Positions 37,720-52,015 of a DNA stretch of 64,000 nt are shown here, in pieces (position 1 is the first letter of the stretch; each line of letters starts with the position of its first letter). The notes beneath the pieces were generated by a model. That model was given only the letters and a program-made list of their open reading frames with translations, made no database searches and was not told where the DNA came from. Source of the DNA: Malacoraja senta (lineage: Eukaryota); contig CM075988.1 in NCBI GenBank assembly GCA_038087875.1, positions 868,001 through 932,000 of the forward strand, in the 5' to 3' direction. Both the position numbers and the translations under genes were made by a program.

Positions 37720-38120
37720 GCAGAATATAATGTTACATTTACAGAGAAAGTGCAGATGAGTGTTCTTTGATTATGTTGGCTGGCTGCTTGAGGCAGCATG
37801 GTGTAGATGGAGTCAATAAGGTGGTTGGGCGGGGGAGAGAGAGAGAACTAGTTTGTGAGAAGGACTGGGGTGTGTGCAGAACTCTGCAGTTTCTTGTGTT
37901 TTGAGCAGAGCAGCTGCAAAACCAAGCTGTGGTGTATCTGGCACCTTTCTATGCTGCATCTGTAGAAACTGGTCAGGGTCATTGGAGACATGCTGAATTG
38001 TCTTAGTCTTCTGATGAAAAGGGATTGATGTACTTTCTTGGCCATAGCTTGAGGGTGATTAGACCAGGTCAAGTTGCTGGTAGTTACCAAGCTCTTTGAA
38101 TATCTTAACCATCTCCACTT
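37720..38120 (-). mobile_element. Rex-Babar-like LINE 3' fragment, old
   Basis: KKVHQSLFIRRLRQF..LTSFYRCSIE motif. Confidence 0.7.
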
Positions 38121-38571
38121 CAGCTCCATTAACCCAGACTGGGGATTGTACTCCACTCTGCTTCCTGAAGATGACGACCAGCCCAGAGGGGGTGCTGAGT
38201 CCTGAGACAAGGGATTTTGCAGATGGCTTTGATGACCCTCTTGTGCCCATGCCAGTTCCATGTCTCATTTATTGATGTTTTATGACCCACTGATTTCCCC
38301 TGAGAAAAGTCCCCAAACAAGTCGGTCTCTAACACTCGCATTGTTATTTATGAAGTTCTGCACTGTCTTTATAGATTTGGATAATCTTATTTGTTCTCAC
38401 ATGTTTATCATTAGCTATTTTGTATTATTAATAGCTGTTTCACATTCACCCAAGCTATCTCTGAAAATCAAACTCAATACCAATCAAATGTGATGATCCA
38501 GGTCCTGGATCCCAGTGGGGTGCATTGTTAAGGAGGAATTTCTGTTTTAATGCTGTCTTATCTTTTTTCAG

Positions 38572-38736
38572 AGTCAAGATTTTATTTTGGATCTTACTAT
38601 GCCAGTCACATGGTATTACAGCAGCAGCCATCGCGAGCTGTTGTTTGGGGATACGGTGTAGTGGGAGCAACAGTCACTGTGAGTGTGTGGAGAGAAAATG
38701 GCACCTACAGTCAACAGATTACTGCAGTCAGTGAAG
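38572..38736 (+). CDS. SIAE: Sialate O-acetylesterase coding exon 2
   Basis: TTTTTTCAG| acceptor and GAAG|GTAAGA donor, phase 1-1; encodes SRFYFGSYYASHMVLQQQPSRAVVWGYGVVGATVTVSV, matching the SIAE N-terminal MVLQ..A.IWG.G..GATVTV motif. Confidence 0.93.
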
Positions 38737-38847
38737 GTAAGAAGTTCTCTATTTTGTGAAATGTACCTCCAACTGCTGATTTGTAACAGAGATAGAGGTG
38801 GGAAGGATTAACATCACAATGGGGATAGAGGCCACATTCAAAATCAA

Positions 38848-40817
38848 CTGTCATATGAGGAAAGATTGAAAAGACTAGGCTTGTATTCACTGGAGTTTAG
38901 AAGGATGAGGGGGGATCTTATAGAAACTTATAAAAGGACCGGACCAGCTAGATCCAGGAAAAATGTTCCCAATGATGGGCGAGTCCAGAACCAGGGGCCA
39001 CAGTCTTAGAATAAAGGGGAGGCCATTTAAGACTGAGGTGAGAAAAAAACTTTTTCACCCAGAGAGTTGTGCATTTGTGGAATTCCCTGCCACAGAGGGC
39101 AGTGGAGGCCAAATCACTGGATGGATTTAAGAGATAGTTCAAGTTCAAGATCAAGTTAAAGAGAGTTTATTGTCATGTGCCCCTGATAGGACAATGAAAT
39201 TCATACTTCGCTTCAGCACAACAGAACATAGTAGGCATTGACTACAAAACAGATCATTGTGTCCATATACCATTATATAAATATATACACACATGAATAA
39301 ATAAAATGATAACGTGCAAATAACAGAAAATAGGCTATTAGTGTTCAGAGTTTTGTCCGAGCCAAGTTTAATAGCCTGATGGCTGTGGGGAAGTAGCTAT
39401 TCCTGAACCTGGTCATTGCAGTCTTCAGGCTCCTGTACCTTCTACCTGAAGGTAGCAGGGAGATGAGTGTGTGGCCAGGATGGTGTGGGTCCTTGATGAT
39501 AATTCAATTCAATTCAATTCAATTCAATTTATTTGTCTTTTGGACAAATTTGTCATTTGGACCCCTTGAGGTCCAAACGAAATGTCGTTTCTGCAGCCAT
39601 ACAATACAAAACGAAGAAGACCCGAGACACAACACAATTTACACATACATCCATCACAGCGCTGTGATGGAAGGCAAAAAAAACGTATCTCTCCACTGCA
39701 CTCCCCCCCCCCCCCCGATGTCAGAGTCAAAGTCAAAGCCCCCGGCGGGCGATGGTGATTGTCCCGCAGCCATTAAAGCCACGCCGGGTGATGCAAGGTC
39801 GCGCACCGGGTCTTGGCGCGCGCCCGCAAAGTCCGGTGGCCACTCCAAGCCGCGCGGGGGGACAAAGCCCCGCTCCAGGTGCGCTTCAACCCCGCTCCAC
39901 GTTGCCTAGCCCCAACGACAACGGAGACCCGACAAAGAAAAGGTCGGGTCTCCCGTGCAGCGGAAAGATTTTAAAGTTTTCCCCCCCCACCCCCACCCCC
40001 ACCCCCCCTACCCACATACCCCGACAAAAAAATAAATAAAAAACTACATAAAAACGAGACGGCCAGCCTTTTTGAGGCAGCGACTGCGATAGATCCCCTC
40101 GATGGATGGGAGGTCAGAGCCGATGATGGACTGGGCAGTGTTTACTACTTTTTGTAGTCTTTTCCTCTCCAGGGCGCTCAAGTTGCCGAACCAAGCCACG
40201 ATGCAACCGGTCAGCATGCTCTCTACTGTGCACCTGTAGAAGTTAGAGAGAGTCCTCCTTGACAAACCGACTCTCCGTAATCTTCTCAGGAAGTAGAGGC
40301 GCTGATGTGCTTACTTAATAATTGCATCATTGTTCTCGGACCAGGAAAGATCTTCAGAGATGTGCACGCCCAGGAATTTGAAGCTCTTGACCCTTTCAAC
40401 CATCGACCCGTTGATATAAACGGGACTGTGGGACCCCATTCTACTCCTTCCAAAGTCCACAATCAGTTCCTTGGTTTTGCTGGTGTTGAGGGCCAGGTTA
40501 TTGTGCTGGCACCATATGGACAGTCGCTCGATCTCTCTTCTGTACTCTGACTCATCTCCATCAGTGATACGTCCTACAACAGTGGTGTTGTCAGTGAACT
40601 TGATGATGGAGTTCGCACTATGTCCGGCTACGCAGTCATGACCAGCTACGCAGTTATGAGATAGATAGAGCTCTAGGGGCTAGTGGAATCAAGGGACATG
40701 GGGAGAAGGCAGGCACGGGTTAATGATTGGGGACGATCAGCCATGATCACAATGAATGGCGGTGATGGCTCGAAGGGCCGAATGGCCTCCTCCTGCACCT
40801 ATTTTCTATGTTTCTAA
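38848..40817 (+). mobile_element. CR1 3' fragment split by a minus-strand Rex-Babar-like LINE (about 39138-40658), which itself contains a non-coding element (39500-40060)
   Basis: CR1 end identical in type to 23050-23540; the Rex-like part encodes LSNFYRCTVESMLTGCIVAWFGN..LQKVVNTAQSIIG. Confidence 0.85.
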
Positions 40818-41059
40818 AATGGGAGATCTACAAATAACGGAAGAGAGATGAAAAATGAAGCCCAAAATAAGTGTTGTATTAATAACAGAAAAATTATTAT
40901 ATCACATTCGGAACCAGTGGAATGAATTGACAAGAGAAGTTAGAGACACGGGTTGTGGTTGAGGATAATTTAAAAGGAAATATAAAAGCATTATTGAAGT
41001 AGTTCAAGAAAGATTGGGTCTCCAGTAAATCTCCAGGGGATTACTGGTGGGTAAGAGAG

Positions 41060-41375
41060 CGTGGTGAGATAGATCACCAGTGGATCTACGAGTGCGGCAT
41101 ACAGTGGGCAGAGATAGATCACCAGTAGATCTACCCATGGGCACAGAGTATGTTGAGAGAGATTACCAGTGTGGTGGAGAGTACGCTCTGATTGATCATC
41201 AGTGGATTTGCCGGTGTGGCAGAGTGTGCACTGAGAGAGATCACCAGTGGATTACCAGTAGGGCAGAAAGTGAGCTGAGATAGATGACCAGTAGATCTAA
41301 TGATGGGGTAGAGAGTATGCTGAGGTAGATCAGCAGTAGATATACCAGAGTGGCAGCAGGCCCATTGAGATAACA
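41060..41375 (+). repeat. Degenerate minisatellite, about 44-bp units
   Basis: About 7 copies of GAGATAGATCACCAGTRGATCTAC, each followed by a more divergent segment of about 20 nt. Confidence 0.8.
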
Positions 41376-41518
41376 AATCCATGCTTTGACACCTTTTGAA
41401 ATGAAGTTAGTGGTAATGTCACAGTATGAACTGATGTTCATTTAGAGGAGAAATTACTTCCCTCAGAGGGTGCTGTGTATGCTGAGTCAATGTATATTTA
41501 AAGCAGAGACAGACTTTT

Positions 41519-42575
41519 TTTTTTTTTTTAATTATTTTTATTAAAAGTACGGTAAATTACAGTAATACACAACACTTATATCTTAATACATTTTTTATAC
41601 CGCTTCATTTTTTTGAGCTTTAAGAGAAAGATAGAAGTAAAAAAAGTAAAGAAAGTGCGCAAGTCGTGAGGTGCAAGAGAGTGTTGGGAAAAGAAAGCCC
41701 CTTAGAAAAGAAGTTAGAGAAGGAAGTAAAGTAAGAAAGTAGGCCCTAGAAAAGAAAGAAAAAGAAAGTAGGAACAATCGCAGAAAGGGGACCACCAACC
41801 AAGTCTGTTTTTGTTGTTTTACCTCCCATTACCAGGAACCTGATACCATTTATTTATTTATTTATTTATTAAATTACTATTGCACCTCATGCTTGTAATA
41901 GGTCCAGAAACGTAGACCACGTCTTTTGGAATTGGTCTGCTTTACCTGCTAAGAGGAATCTCATCTCTTCCAGATGTAATGTTTCAAACATATTTGATGT
42001 CCACATTTTTATTGTTGGTGTGGGCGCATTTTTCCAGAATTTAAGTATGAGCTTTTTTCCCATTATTAGCCCGTAATTGAATAAGTTCTTCTGATACACG
42101 TTTAATTCAGGGATACCTTCCGATATTCCAAAAATGATCCATTCTGGTTTTAGTACCAGTTTTATTTTAATTAATTTTGAAAAAATATCAAATATTTCAT
42201 ACCAGAATTTTTGGATTTTTGTACAAAAAACAAAAGAATGCGCTATGGTAGCTTCTTGACATAGACATTTATCACAGATTGGTGAAACATTAGGAAAGAT
42301 TTTATTTAATTTCGTTTTTGAATAATATAGTCTATGTAATGTTTTGAATTGGATGAGCGTATGTCGTACGTTGATCGAACATTTATGCACCTGTAGTAAA
42401 TGGTTATCCCAGCTCTCTTTTGAAATTTTTATAGTTAATTTTTGTTCCCAGTCTCTTCTAATTCCATCTGTTGTGGGTATTTCTATGTTTAAAATGATAT
42501 ATAAGTACGATATTAGATTAGCTGATTCCGCCTTTGTCTTCATTGCTTCATCGAGTAAGTCGGAAGGCATATTAT
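41519..42575 (-). mobile_element. 5'-truncated L1 (ORF2 C-terminus, 3'UTR, polyA)
   Basis: CDKC..H....C zinc knuckle; poly-T on + strand; TSD GACAGACTTTT (41508-41518, 42576-42586) at a TTTT/A site; related to the L1 at 1-3173. Confidence 0.92.
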
Positions 42576-42799
42576 GACAGACTTTTAGACCACAGGAGAC
42601 AGTTATGTGAAACTGGCAGGGAAGTGGAGTTGAGATCAGATTGACCTTATTCTTACTGGAAGAGAAACAGCAGCCAAACCACATCCCTGGCCCAGTGGTG
42701 CAACTAATAGAGTTCCTGTTTTGTGAATCCAATGACATGAGTTTATTTCTGACTTACGATACTATCCGTGCGTCCGTTTGCCCTGTGACCATCAAAATT

Positions 42800-43935
42800 T
42801 ACTAGGTAGATAAAATCTGGAGAATCCCAGCGAGTGAGGCAGCATCTGTGGAACGAAGGAATGGGTGACGTTCCAGGTCGAGACCCTTCTTCAGACTGAT
42901 GTGGGGGTGGGGGGGGCGGGATGAAGAAAGGAAGAGGCGGAGACAGTGGGCTGTGGGAGAGCTGGGAAGGGGAGGGGAAGGAGGGAGAAAGCAACGACTA
43001 TCTGAAATTGGAAAAGTCAATGTTCATACCGCTGGGGAGTAGACTACCCAAGCAAAATATGAGGTGCTGCTCCTCCAATTTGCAGTGGGCCTCACTCTGG
43101 CCATGGAGGAGGCCCAGAACAGAAAGGTCGGATTTGGAATGGGAGGGGGAATTGAAGTGCTGAGCCACCGGGAGATCAAGTTGGTTAATGCGTACTGAGT
43201 GGAGGTGTTGGGTGAAGCGATCGCCAAGCCTAACCTTGGTCTCAACGATGTAGAGCAGCTGACACCTGGAACAGCGGATGCAATAGATGAGGTTGGAGGT
43301 GCAGATGAACCTCTGTCTCACCTGGGAAGACGACTTGGGTCCTTGGATGGTGTCGAGGGGGGAGGTAAAGTGACAAGTGTAGCATTTCCTACGGTTGCAA
43401 GGAGAAATACCAGGGGAGGGGTGGTTTGGGTGGGAAGGGAGGAATTGACCAAGGAGTTACGGAGGGTGGTCTCTGCGGAACGCCGAAAGGGGAGGAGATG
43501 GAAAGATGTGACCAGTGGTGGGATCCCGTTGGAGATGGGGAAAATATCGGAGGATTATCTGTTGTATATGATGGCTGGTAGGGTGGAAGGTGAGAACAAG
43601 GGGGACTCTGTCCTTGTTACAAATGGGTGGGATGGGGAGTGAGAGCGGAGCTATGGGATATAGAGGAGACCGTGGTGAGAGCCTCATCTATAGTCGAAGA
43701 GGGCAGAATGAGGACATCTCCGATGCCCTGGTTTGGGACACCTCATCCTGGGTTCAGATGCGGCGTAGACGGACGAATTGGGAGCAGGGGATAGAGTCCT
43801 TACAGGAAGCAGGGTGGGAAGAAGTGTAGTCCAGATAGCCATGGGAGTCAGTGCGTTTGTAGTAGATGTCGGTTAGTAGTCTGTTACCTGCGATGGAGAC
43901 AGTGAGGTCTGGAAATGGTGGGGCGATGTTGGAAA
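42800..43935 (-). mobile_element. Penelope-like element (Neptune type), 5'-truncated
   Basis: TDIYYK.TDSHGYLDY.SSHP and NLIYCIRCSRC..YI.ETK..LGDRF..H (GIY-YIG), plus the terminal repeat. Confidence 0.9.
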
Positions 43936-44194
43936 TCAAAATTTATTATGTACTTTGGTTTAGAATGGGGGAACGAAATAGGATTAGTGTAATGGGTGCT
44001 TGATAGTCTCAGTAAAGTAACAAACCATCAATTCCTGTGTCACAGCGTTAGATTACATAAACAGGTTGCAGGGGCCACCATGTCCATGCAGACAGTCAAA
44101 TACCCATCTGTACCAGAATGGTTCAGGCCAACTATGCCTTGGCAAATCAAATGTTTGTCTATAATATAGGGTCCCTGCCTCCAGTACTTAGGGT

Positions 44195-45350
44195 CATCAT
44201 GCAGCTGGGAAACAGGCTCTTTGGCCCAACTTGCCCATGCTGACCATGATGCCCTATCTACACTAGTCCCACCTGCCCGCGTTTGGCCCATATTGTCCTA
44301 AACCTGTCCTATCCATGTACCTAAGCAAATGTCTTTTAAATACTGTTGTAGTACCTGCCTCAACTGCCTCCTCTGGCAGCTCGTTCCATATACCCATCAC
44401 ATAACTCCTCGGTTCCTATTAAATATTTCCCCTCTCACCTTAAACCTGTGACAGCTGGTTCTCGATTCCCTGCGTAAAAAACTGTGCATCTTACCTCTCT
44501 ATTCCCCTCATGATCATACATATCTCTAAAATCAAAACTCGTCCTCCTACGCTCCAAGGAATACAAATGTATTCATGATGCCCTGCTCAACTTCTCCCTA
44601 TAGCTCAGGCCCTCGTGTCCAGACAACATCCTCGTAAATCTTCTGTGCACTCTTCCAACTTAACAGCATCCTTCGTCTATCAGGGTGACCAAAACTGAAC
44701 ACAATACTCCAAATACGACCTCAGCAACATCTTTTACATCTGTAACATAACAACCCAACTGTTATATTCAATACCTTGACTGATGAAGGCTGATGTACTG
44801 AAAGTCTTCTTGACCACCCTATCGAACTGTGATGCCACTTTCAAGGAACTATGTACAACTATGTTGTAGAGCAGATCCCTCTGCTCTACAACACTACACA
44901 GGGCCCTGCCATTCACTATGAAGGTCCTTTCCTGGTTTGACTTTCCAAAATGCAATGCCTCACTTATCTGCATTAAACTCCATTAACCATTCCTCAGCCC
45001 ACTTGCCCAACTGATCAAGACCCTGTGTAATATTTGTGGTAATCATCTTCGCTATTTACGATACCAGCTACTTTCATGTTATCATGCCTTTTATATTCTC
45101 ATCCAAATTGTTGATATAAACCACAAACTAATGGGTCCAGCCCCAATCCCTGATGCACACCACTCATCGCAGGCCTCCAGTCTAAAAATCAACCTTCCAC
45201 CATTACCCTCCACTTTCTTCCATGAAGCCAGTTCTCTCTCAGGTCGGCTAGCTCTCTATGGATCCAATGCAATCTAACCTTCCAGAGCAGCCTACCATGT
45301 GGAATCTTATCAAATGCCTTGTTGAAGTCCGTATAGAGAACACCACCTTG
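44195..45350 (-). mobile_element. CR1 3' fragment
   Basis: LHFGKSN..VEQRDL..DRVVKK motif and CR1 3'UTR. Confidence 0.85.
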
Positions 45351-45904
45351 GCGTCTTCCAGGCTTCACCCTCTGGGTGAAGGTTCTTCTTTTAATCCCCT
45401 TTAAACTGCTTATTCCTCACGTTACATTTATGCCCTCTTGGACATTTTGGCCAGAGGGAAAGGTCTCTTCCTAATTATCCTATTATTCATAATTTTATAT
45501 ACCTCTATGTGGACTCCCCTAAGCCTCATTTGCTCTAAGAACTGTTTCTCCTTGAATCTTAAATATTTCAATTCAGGCAACATCCTCTGCACCTTGTCCA
45601 TGCTATCATGTTCTTCCTACTGTGTGATGACCATAACTGCATGCGATATTCCAAGCTGCATTCCAACCAGTTTATATAGATGTGTCAATCTCTCCATTAC
45701 AACTTCCTTTTTGATATTACACAGAAAACATAGAAACATAGAAAATAGGTGCAGGAGGAGGCCCTTCGGCCCAGCACTGCCATTCATTATGATGGTAGGA
45801 ATTTCACAGTCCCAAATGAAATCTCCGGTCCAATGTCATTTTTTTCCTTGCTAAATATAGATGAAAAACATTAACCTTTTACCTTGCCCTTGACCTACAG
45901 ATTG

Positions 45905-46610
45905 CCCCTCTACTCACTGGAGTTTAGGATGAGGGGGGTCCTCATTAAATCTTACAGAATAGTGAAAGGATGGGATAGAGTTGATCTGAAGAAGCTGTTT
46001 CCACTAGCGGGAGAGTCTAGGACCAGAGGTCATAGCCTCAGAATAAAAGGACGTTCCTTTAGGAAGGAGATGAGGAGGAATTTATTTTGTGGCGAATCTG
46101 TAGAATTCATTGCCACGGATGTCTGGAGGCAAAGTCAGTGGGTATTTTTAAGGTAGAGATAGATAGATTCTTAGACACAAAGCTGGAGTAACTCAGCGGG
46201 ACGGGCAGCAAATCTGGAGAGAAGTAATGGGTGACGTTTTGGTTTGACACCGTTCTTCAGACTGGTTAGGGATAAGGGAAACGAGAGATATAGGTGATGT
46301 AGAGAGATAAAGAACAATGAATGAAAGATACGTAAAAAAGTAACGACGATGAAGGAAACAGGCCATTGTTAGCTGTTGTTAGGTGAAAATGAGAAACTAG
46401 TGCGACTTGGGTGGGGGAGGGATAGAGAGAGAGTGAAAGCCGGAGCTACCTGAAGTTAGAGAAATCAATATTCTAACCACTGGGCTGTAAGCTGCCCAAG
46501 CGAAATATGAGATTCTGTTTCTCCAATTTGTGTTTAGCCTCACTCTGACAAGGCAGGAGACCTAGGACAGAAAGGTCTGTGTGGGAATGGGAAGAAGAAT
46601 TAAAGTCTAG
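45905..46610. mobile_element. CR1 3' fragment (+) followed by a Penelope 3' fragment (-, about 46173-46610)
   Basis: LYSLEF..SRTRGHSLRIKG, then Penelope terminus and GIY-YIG C-terminal sequence. Confidence 0.75.
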
Positions 46611-49394
46611 GAAGGCTGGATCCATCCTTAGGGGTGGGGTTGGATTTATGGGAGGAGGTCTTGGAGGGGAGGATGCTCCTCAAACTACAGAGCATCCTGG
46701 ACAATACAACCTGAGGAGCACCTTCAGCAACAGACTTCTGTGATGGGGATAGACTGACTCCCTCCCCCCCCCCCCCCCCCTAATCTTTGCACATCCCCAA
46801 TCCTTTCCACTCATCATTTTAATGTCATGTTTCATGTATTTTGTGTTTTTATGACTGTTGGCAGATCAAGTTCTATCGTATCGTATAGTGTACTGTGAGA
46901 TGTGTTTGAATCATGTCAACACCAGCCGATTAGGGTTTGTGAATGGCTTCTCTTGCAGTTTGGCCCCCTGTCACCCTACCTCTCCTGGCCCTTTTCCCGC
47001 ACCTGTGCAGCATATAGGGCCACAAAACTGGAGAGGCCATTCCCCCCACACCCAATGCCCATCCATATCCTCAACAGCGCCCAGTACATCCCCACTATAA
47101 GGAGGGGCTGCCCTAGAAAACATTTTGCATTGTGATTTTTAGTGACACCACCCCATGAAAAACAGTGTTTATTTACTTTTTTCTGTCTCACATTTTGTAA
47201 GAGTGCATGTTTATTCAATATCCCATTTTTTGATAGTGAATTCCCTGAGGATGAATTTACGCTCCCGAGCAGCCGTAAAGCTGGGGTGACTGTATGTGTT
47301 TTAGAAGGGAAAGGCCACAGGGACACTTGCACTGCAGGTCTATGGCCACGACTCTTTCTGTTGGCCACCTCGACGCTCACCCACTGCTTTTCTATCTGTC
47401 TACCCTTTCCTAGTTCCCTCTTGTGAACCTGTGAGTTGCAGTCTGATTCTCCGACTACTCATCCACACGGAGCAATGCACACTGGCCAGTTAACCTGTCA
47501 ACAGCACTTGGGATGTGGGAGGAAACTCTGGGAAAGTGAACATGCAGACAGCACCCTGTGTCAGGACTTCTTCTTTAATGTCCATCTTCCATGTTTCAAA
47601 TGTTGACATCGCTGTCATCATCCGTCCCGAAAAGGTGGCAAGCTTCCGGCGACAATCAGTGGGAGCCATCACTTGTTGCAATAGATGATGGTGGTAGCAG
47701 AATTAGCTCAGGATACTTCCAGTTTCCAGCCCTGCGACATGGACGCTTCTGTTATGGGGCCAGTATCAGGACTGAACTTGAACTTCTGGAGTGCAAAATG
47801 CTGTGCTGCTGTAGTGCAGATCTTGGTGGGTATTGGATGTCCCATCAATGTATTTTGCTTCTTCACCGTCATTCCATCTATAAATACTGGTATTCTTGAG
47901 GGGGACAGTGAGAGCCAAACACATCCCATCACAGGTGTTTCTGCTGCATGGAGTGGGCCAGAGTGAGAATGCTGGGGATTCAATTGAACATAGAACAGTA
48001 CAGCACAAGAATAGACCCATATTATCTGTGCTGAACAGATAGGGGCCATTTAGGTATTTCTATGGGTGCAGGTGTGAACCAGCAGTGGAATACTTCAAGG
48101 GAGGATGGGGGCTTGGGGGTGGTTGAGATGGCGAACAATTAGGTCTTGGTCCATATTCGTGTCTCCAATGAAATATCTGATGGGTAAATTACGAGGATCT
48201 GTGGATTAAATTAAATAGCACAAGCACAAAGGTGATCATTTCTGCATTACGTTAGTACCATGTGCCAGAAGGAACAGAAGAAAAAGAGGACGGATGAACA
48301 TATGGCTAAGGAGTGCAGAAGGGAGCTGTCTAGTTTATTGAGGGAATTGACAATGACTTTGGGGTAGGTGGGATCAGTTGCATTGCCATGGAACTGGGAC
48401 TCCTTGGGAGTTTTGATGGTGGTGAGGGGAAGGGTTTAAACTAGTTTGGCACAGGGATGGGAACTTATTGTGGTTTCAAAGGGAGAATGGCAAACTGCAT
48501 GTGGAACGTCGGGGTTTGATAAATTAGTCTGGAAAATAGAGGAATGATGAACTTAAAACTAGTTGAAAGGAGTGAGAACTTTGCAAGCCCTTAATTGTTT
48601 ATATTTATATATACGGGATCTTGAACAGAGGGTGAAGATAAATGTGTGAGTACAAGGTGGTCAGAAATGACAGGAGAATATGTCCAGGGTACAGGGTTGT
48701 GGCCAAGGTAACAACGTACTATTACAGCTATGTGATGATCAAGCTGCTGTTTTGGGGTTAAGCTGAGCAACAGAAAAGCAGCAATTACATATTTAGTAGT
48801 TCACCATTAATTCCCAAATTATTTGATGGGAGATGGGAAATGTGAGGCAAAAAAGAACCAGGCAATAACAATGAGCATTTCAACACATTAATGTGCACTG
48901 GGAGAGCATCAGGATGAATGGTATGAAAAATGGAACATTTTTTAAATGCACTGAACATTCGAGCATGGAACAATACTGCACAAGAACAGGCCCTTTGGCC
49001 CACAATGTCTATGTCAAACTTGATGCCAGCACCAATTCTTTGCTGCCTGCGCATAATCTATATCCCTCCATTCTCTACATATCCATGTGCCTATTCAAAA
49101 ATCTCTCAAATGCCACTATCATATCTGCCTTGATTCTATCTGGAAAGCCCACAAAGATATGGGATGTTGGACACAAAGTGCTGGAGTAACTTAGCAAGTC
49201 TGGAAGAAGGGTCCCGACTCAAAACGTCACCTATCTTTTTTCTCGAGAGATGCTGCCTGACCCGCTGAGTTATTCCAGCATTTTGTGACTATCTTTTGTA
49301 TAAACCAACAGTTCTTTGTTTCTACACTAAGAAATGGGATGATCCTGGATTTAGCACTGTGGAAAAACTCTAGAAGTCCGCTTGAGAAATTGTA

Positions 49395-50800
49395 ACACAT
49401 TAGCAAGTCATGCTGCAGCTCCACAAGACTAAGCAGTTGGTGGTGGATTTTAGGGGTAGAGGAACACCCCTGTCCCCTGTCTCCATCAATGGTGTGGATG
49501 TGCAGTTTACCAGGGAGTACAAATACCTTGGAGTGTTCCTGGACAGTAAACTGGACTGGTCCAGGAACGTTGAGGTCCTGTACACGAAAGGACAGAGCCT
49601 GCTGTACTTTTTGAGAAGGCTCCACTCCTTCAACTTCTGCAATAAGATGCTGCAGTTGTTCTACCAATCGATGGTAGCCAGTGCTATCTTCTTCGCTGCC
49701 GTGTGCTGGGGCAGCAGGGCGAAGGCTGCAGACACCAATAGGATCAACAAACTCATCAGGAAGGCTGGCTCCGTCCTGGGGGCCGAATTGGAATCAAGGG
49801 TGGTCTTAGTGGGGAGGATGCTCCTCAAACTCCAGAGCATCTTGGACAATGCAGCTCACCCCTCCATGACACACTGGTCAACCTGAGGAGTACCTTCAGC
49901 AACAGACTGGTTCCACTAAGCTGCAGGACAAAACACCACAGGTGATCCTTCTTCCCTGTGGCTAGCAAACTTTACAACTCCTCCCCCTTCTGTCGTGGGG
50001 TAGACTGAGACTGACTCCCCTACCCCCACCCCCCATCCCCGAATCTTTGCACTCCCCCAAGCCTTTTTACTCGTCACTTTAATTTCATGTTTCATGTATT
50101 TTGTGTTTTTATGATTGTGGGCAGATCAATGGGATAAATAAAGTTCTATTGTATTGTATGGGTTTGTCTGGTCTCTGACTGATCAAAGTAAAAGAATGGT
50201 ATTCAGGGAAGCACTGAAAAGCTCGAGGGTGTGCATTGATGGCACCGAAGGTCAAAAGCTTCAAATTCTCAGGAATATGGCCTGGATCACAACGAAGCTA
50301 TTGCCGAGAAGGCACACCAACGCTCCTACTACCATAGAAGGCTTAGGAAGTTTGGCATGTCTCTCACTATCCTCACCAACTTCTACAGATGCGCTGCAGA
50401 AAGTATTTTATTGGGATGCATCACAGCATGGTTTGGGAACAGCTCCATCCAAGACCACAAGAAATCGTAGAGAATTGTGGACGTAGCCCAGACACATCAC
50501 GCAACCCTTCCATTGACTCCATCTACACTTCAAGGCCACCAGCATAATCAAGGATCAGTCTCTACCCGGTCACTCCCATTGGGCAAGAGGTACAGAAGTT
50601 TGAAAACACATACTTCCGGATTCAGGGATGGTTTCTTCCCAGCTGTTATCAGGGACTGAACCATTCTCTCACCAGCTGGAGTGCGGTCCTGACCTTCCAT
50701 CTACCTTTTTGGAGACTTTTGAACTATCTTTTATTGGACTTTATCTTGCACTAAATGGTGTACCCTTCATCCTGTATCTTACACTGGACAGCTCGATTGT
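49395..50800 (+). mobile_element. Two Rex-Babar-like LINE 3' fragments
   Basis: KTKQLVVDFR..YKYLGVFLDSKLDW..LYFLRRL..FYQSMVAS; AATAAA plus a short-repeat tail at about 50140; a second decayed copy at 50230-50800. Confidence 0.8.
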
Positions 50801-51767
50801 AATCATGCATTGTCTTTGTTCTGAAGAATGGTCCCGACATGAAATGTCACCTGTCCATTCCCACCACAGATGCTTTCTGACCTGCTGAATTTCCCCAGCA
50901 CTTTGTTTTGCTCAAGATTCTCATGTCTCCAGCAATTGAAAGCACATGCATGGGATTTGGGGAGAGGAGTCACGAGGGGAATTGGTGGAGGACAGGGGTG
51001 TGTTTGTAAAGGTGCAAGGAGAACAACTGAGCCACAGACGGAACGCACCCCGGTAGGCCCGACTCACCCCACAGGCCTCCCAGGGGACTGTGGAGAAGCT
51101 GGGCGGCGAGGCATGTCTGGGCCGAAGGAGTCTCAGCGGCGGCGGCGATGGGAGCCTCGGCAGCGGGAGCCTCGGTGTGGGCCTCGGCGGCGGTGGGGCC
51201 TCGCGATCAGTGGTCAATGAGCGAGGGGGGAGGGTGGGGTGGGAGGGGAAGACAATGGGGACCCGGTGTGGGGGGACCACCGTGAAGAACAATGGAGGGC
51301 AGGGCACTCCAGTTTTAGAATCCTCTGCCCAGGGGATAAACCTTTGTTTGTTTGATCGTTAGTTTTGGTTAAGGGGCTGTGCACGTGGCAGCCAGTCAAC
51401 CGTTGCTTGTCTTTTTCTTTTTTTCACTTTTAAGTTAATTTTAATTTCAGGTTTTATGTACCTTCTGTGTTATGACTGTTGGCAGACCAATTTCCCTCCG
51501 GGGATGAATAAAGTTCTATCGTAGAAGGGCAATGACTAATCTCAATTTCTCAGCATCCATCCTTACTAATCTCTCGGACCCCAGTATTCCAATTTTCTTG
51601 TAATCTCTTGATTTTGATGTTGCTATCCCTAAAATGTGTGCCTTCAGTTTCCTCAGTCCAAACTCACAACCTACCTTGTCTGCTGAGTCACAAAGTTAGA
51701 TGGTAACCAACCCACCACTGTTCCATGTACTCTACAGCTATCTTTAGTAGTTTGTCTTGCACACATG

Positions 51768-52015
51768 AGGGGCGGCACAGCTTGAAGAGCTGTTGCCTCA
51801 CAGCACCAGAGACCTGGATTCGATTCTGATCTTGGGTGTTTTTGTGTGGAGTTTGCATGTTCTCCCTGTGACTGCATGGGTTTCCTCCATATGCACCAGT
51901 TCACTCCCACCTCCCAATGGGTTGATCGGTCTTTGTAAATTGCCCCTAATGTGAATGGGTGAGCATGTACACGGTGGGACAAAGGTTCTGTTTCCATGCT
52001 GTATCTCTTAAACTA
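51768..52015 (+). mobile_element. HE1/V-SINE-type SINE, degenerate
   Basis: Same head and core as 36666-36940. Confidence 0.75.

Noticed and set aside
41060..41375. CRISPR-like repeat/spacer appearance
   Set aside because: Vertebrate context with no cas genes; the repeats are degenerate and the spacers resemble each other.
46976..47430. Possible antisense exon in SIAE intron 2
   Set aside because: The sequence resembles decayed CR1 ORF1 (WV.V..K..PVA region); no supportable gene model.
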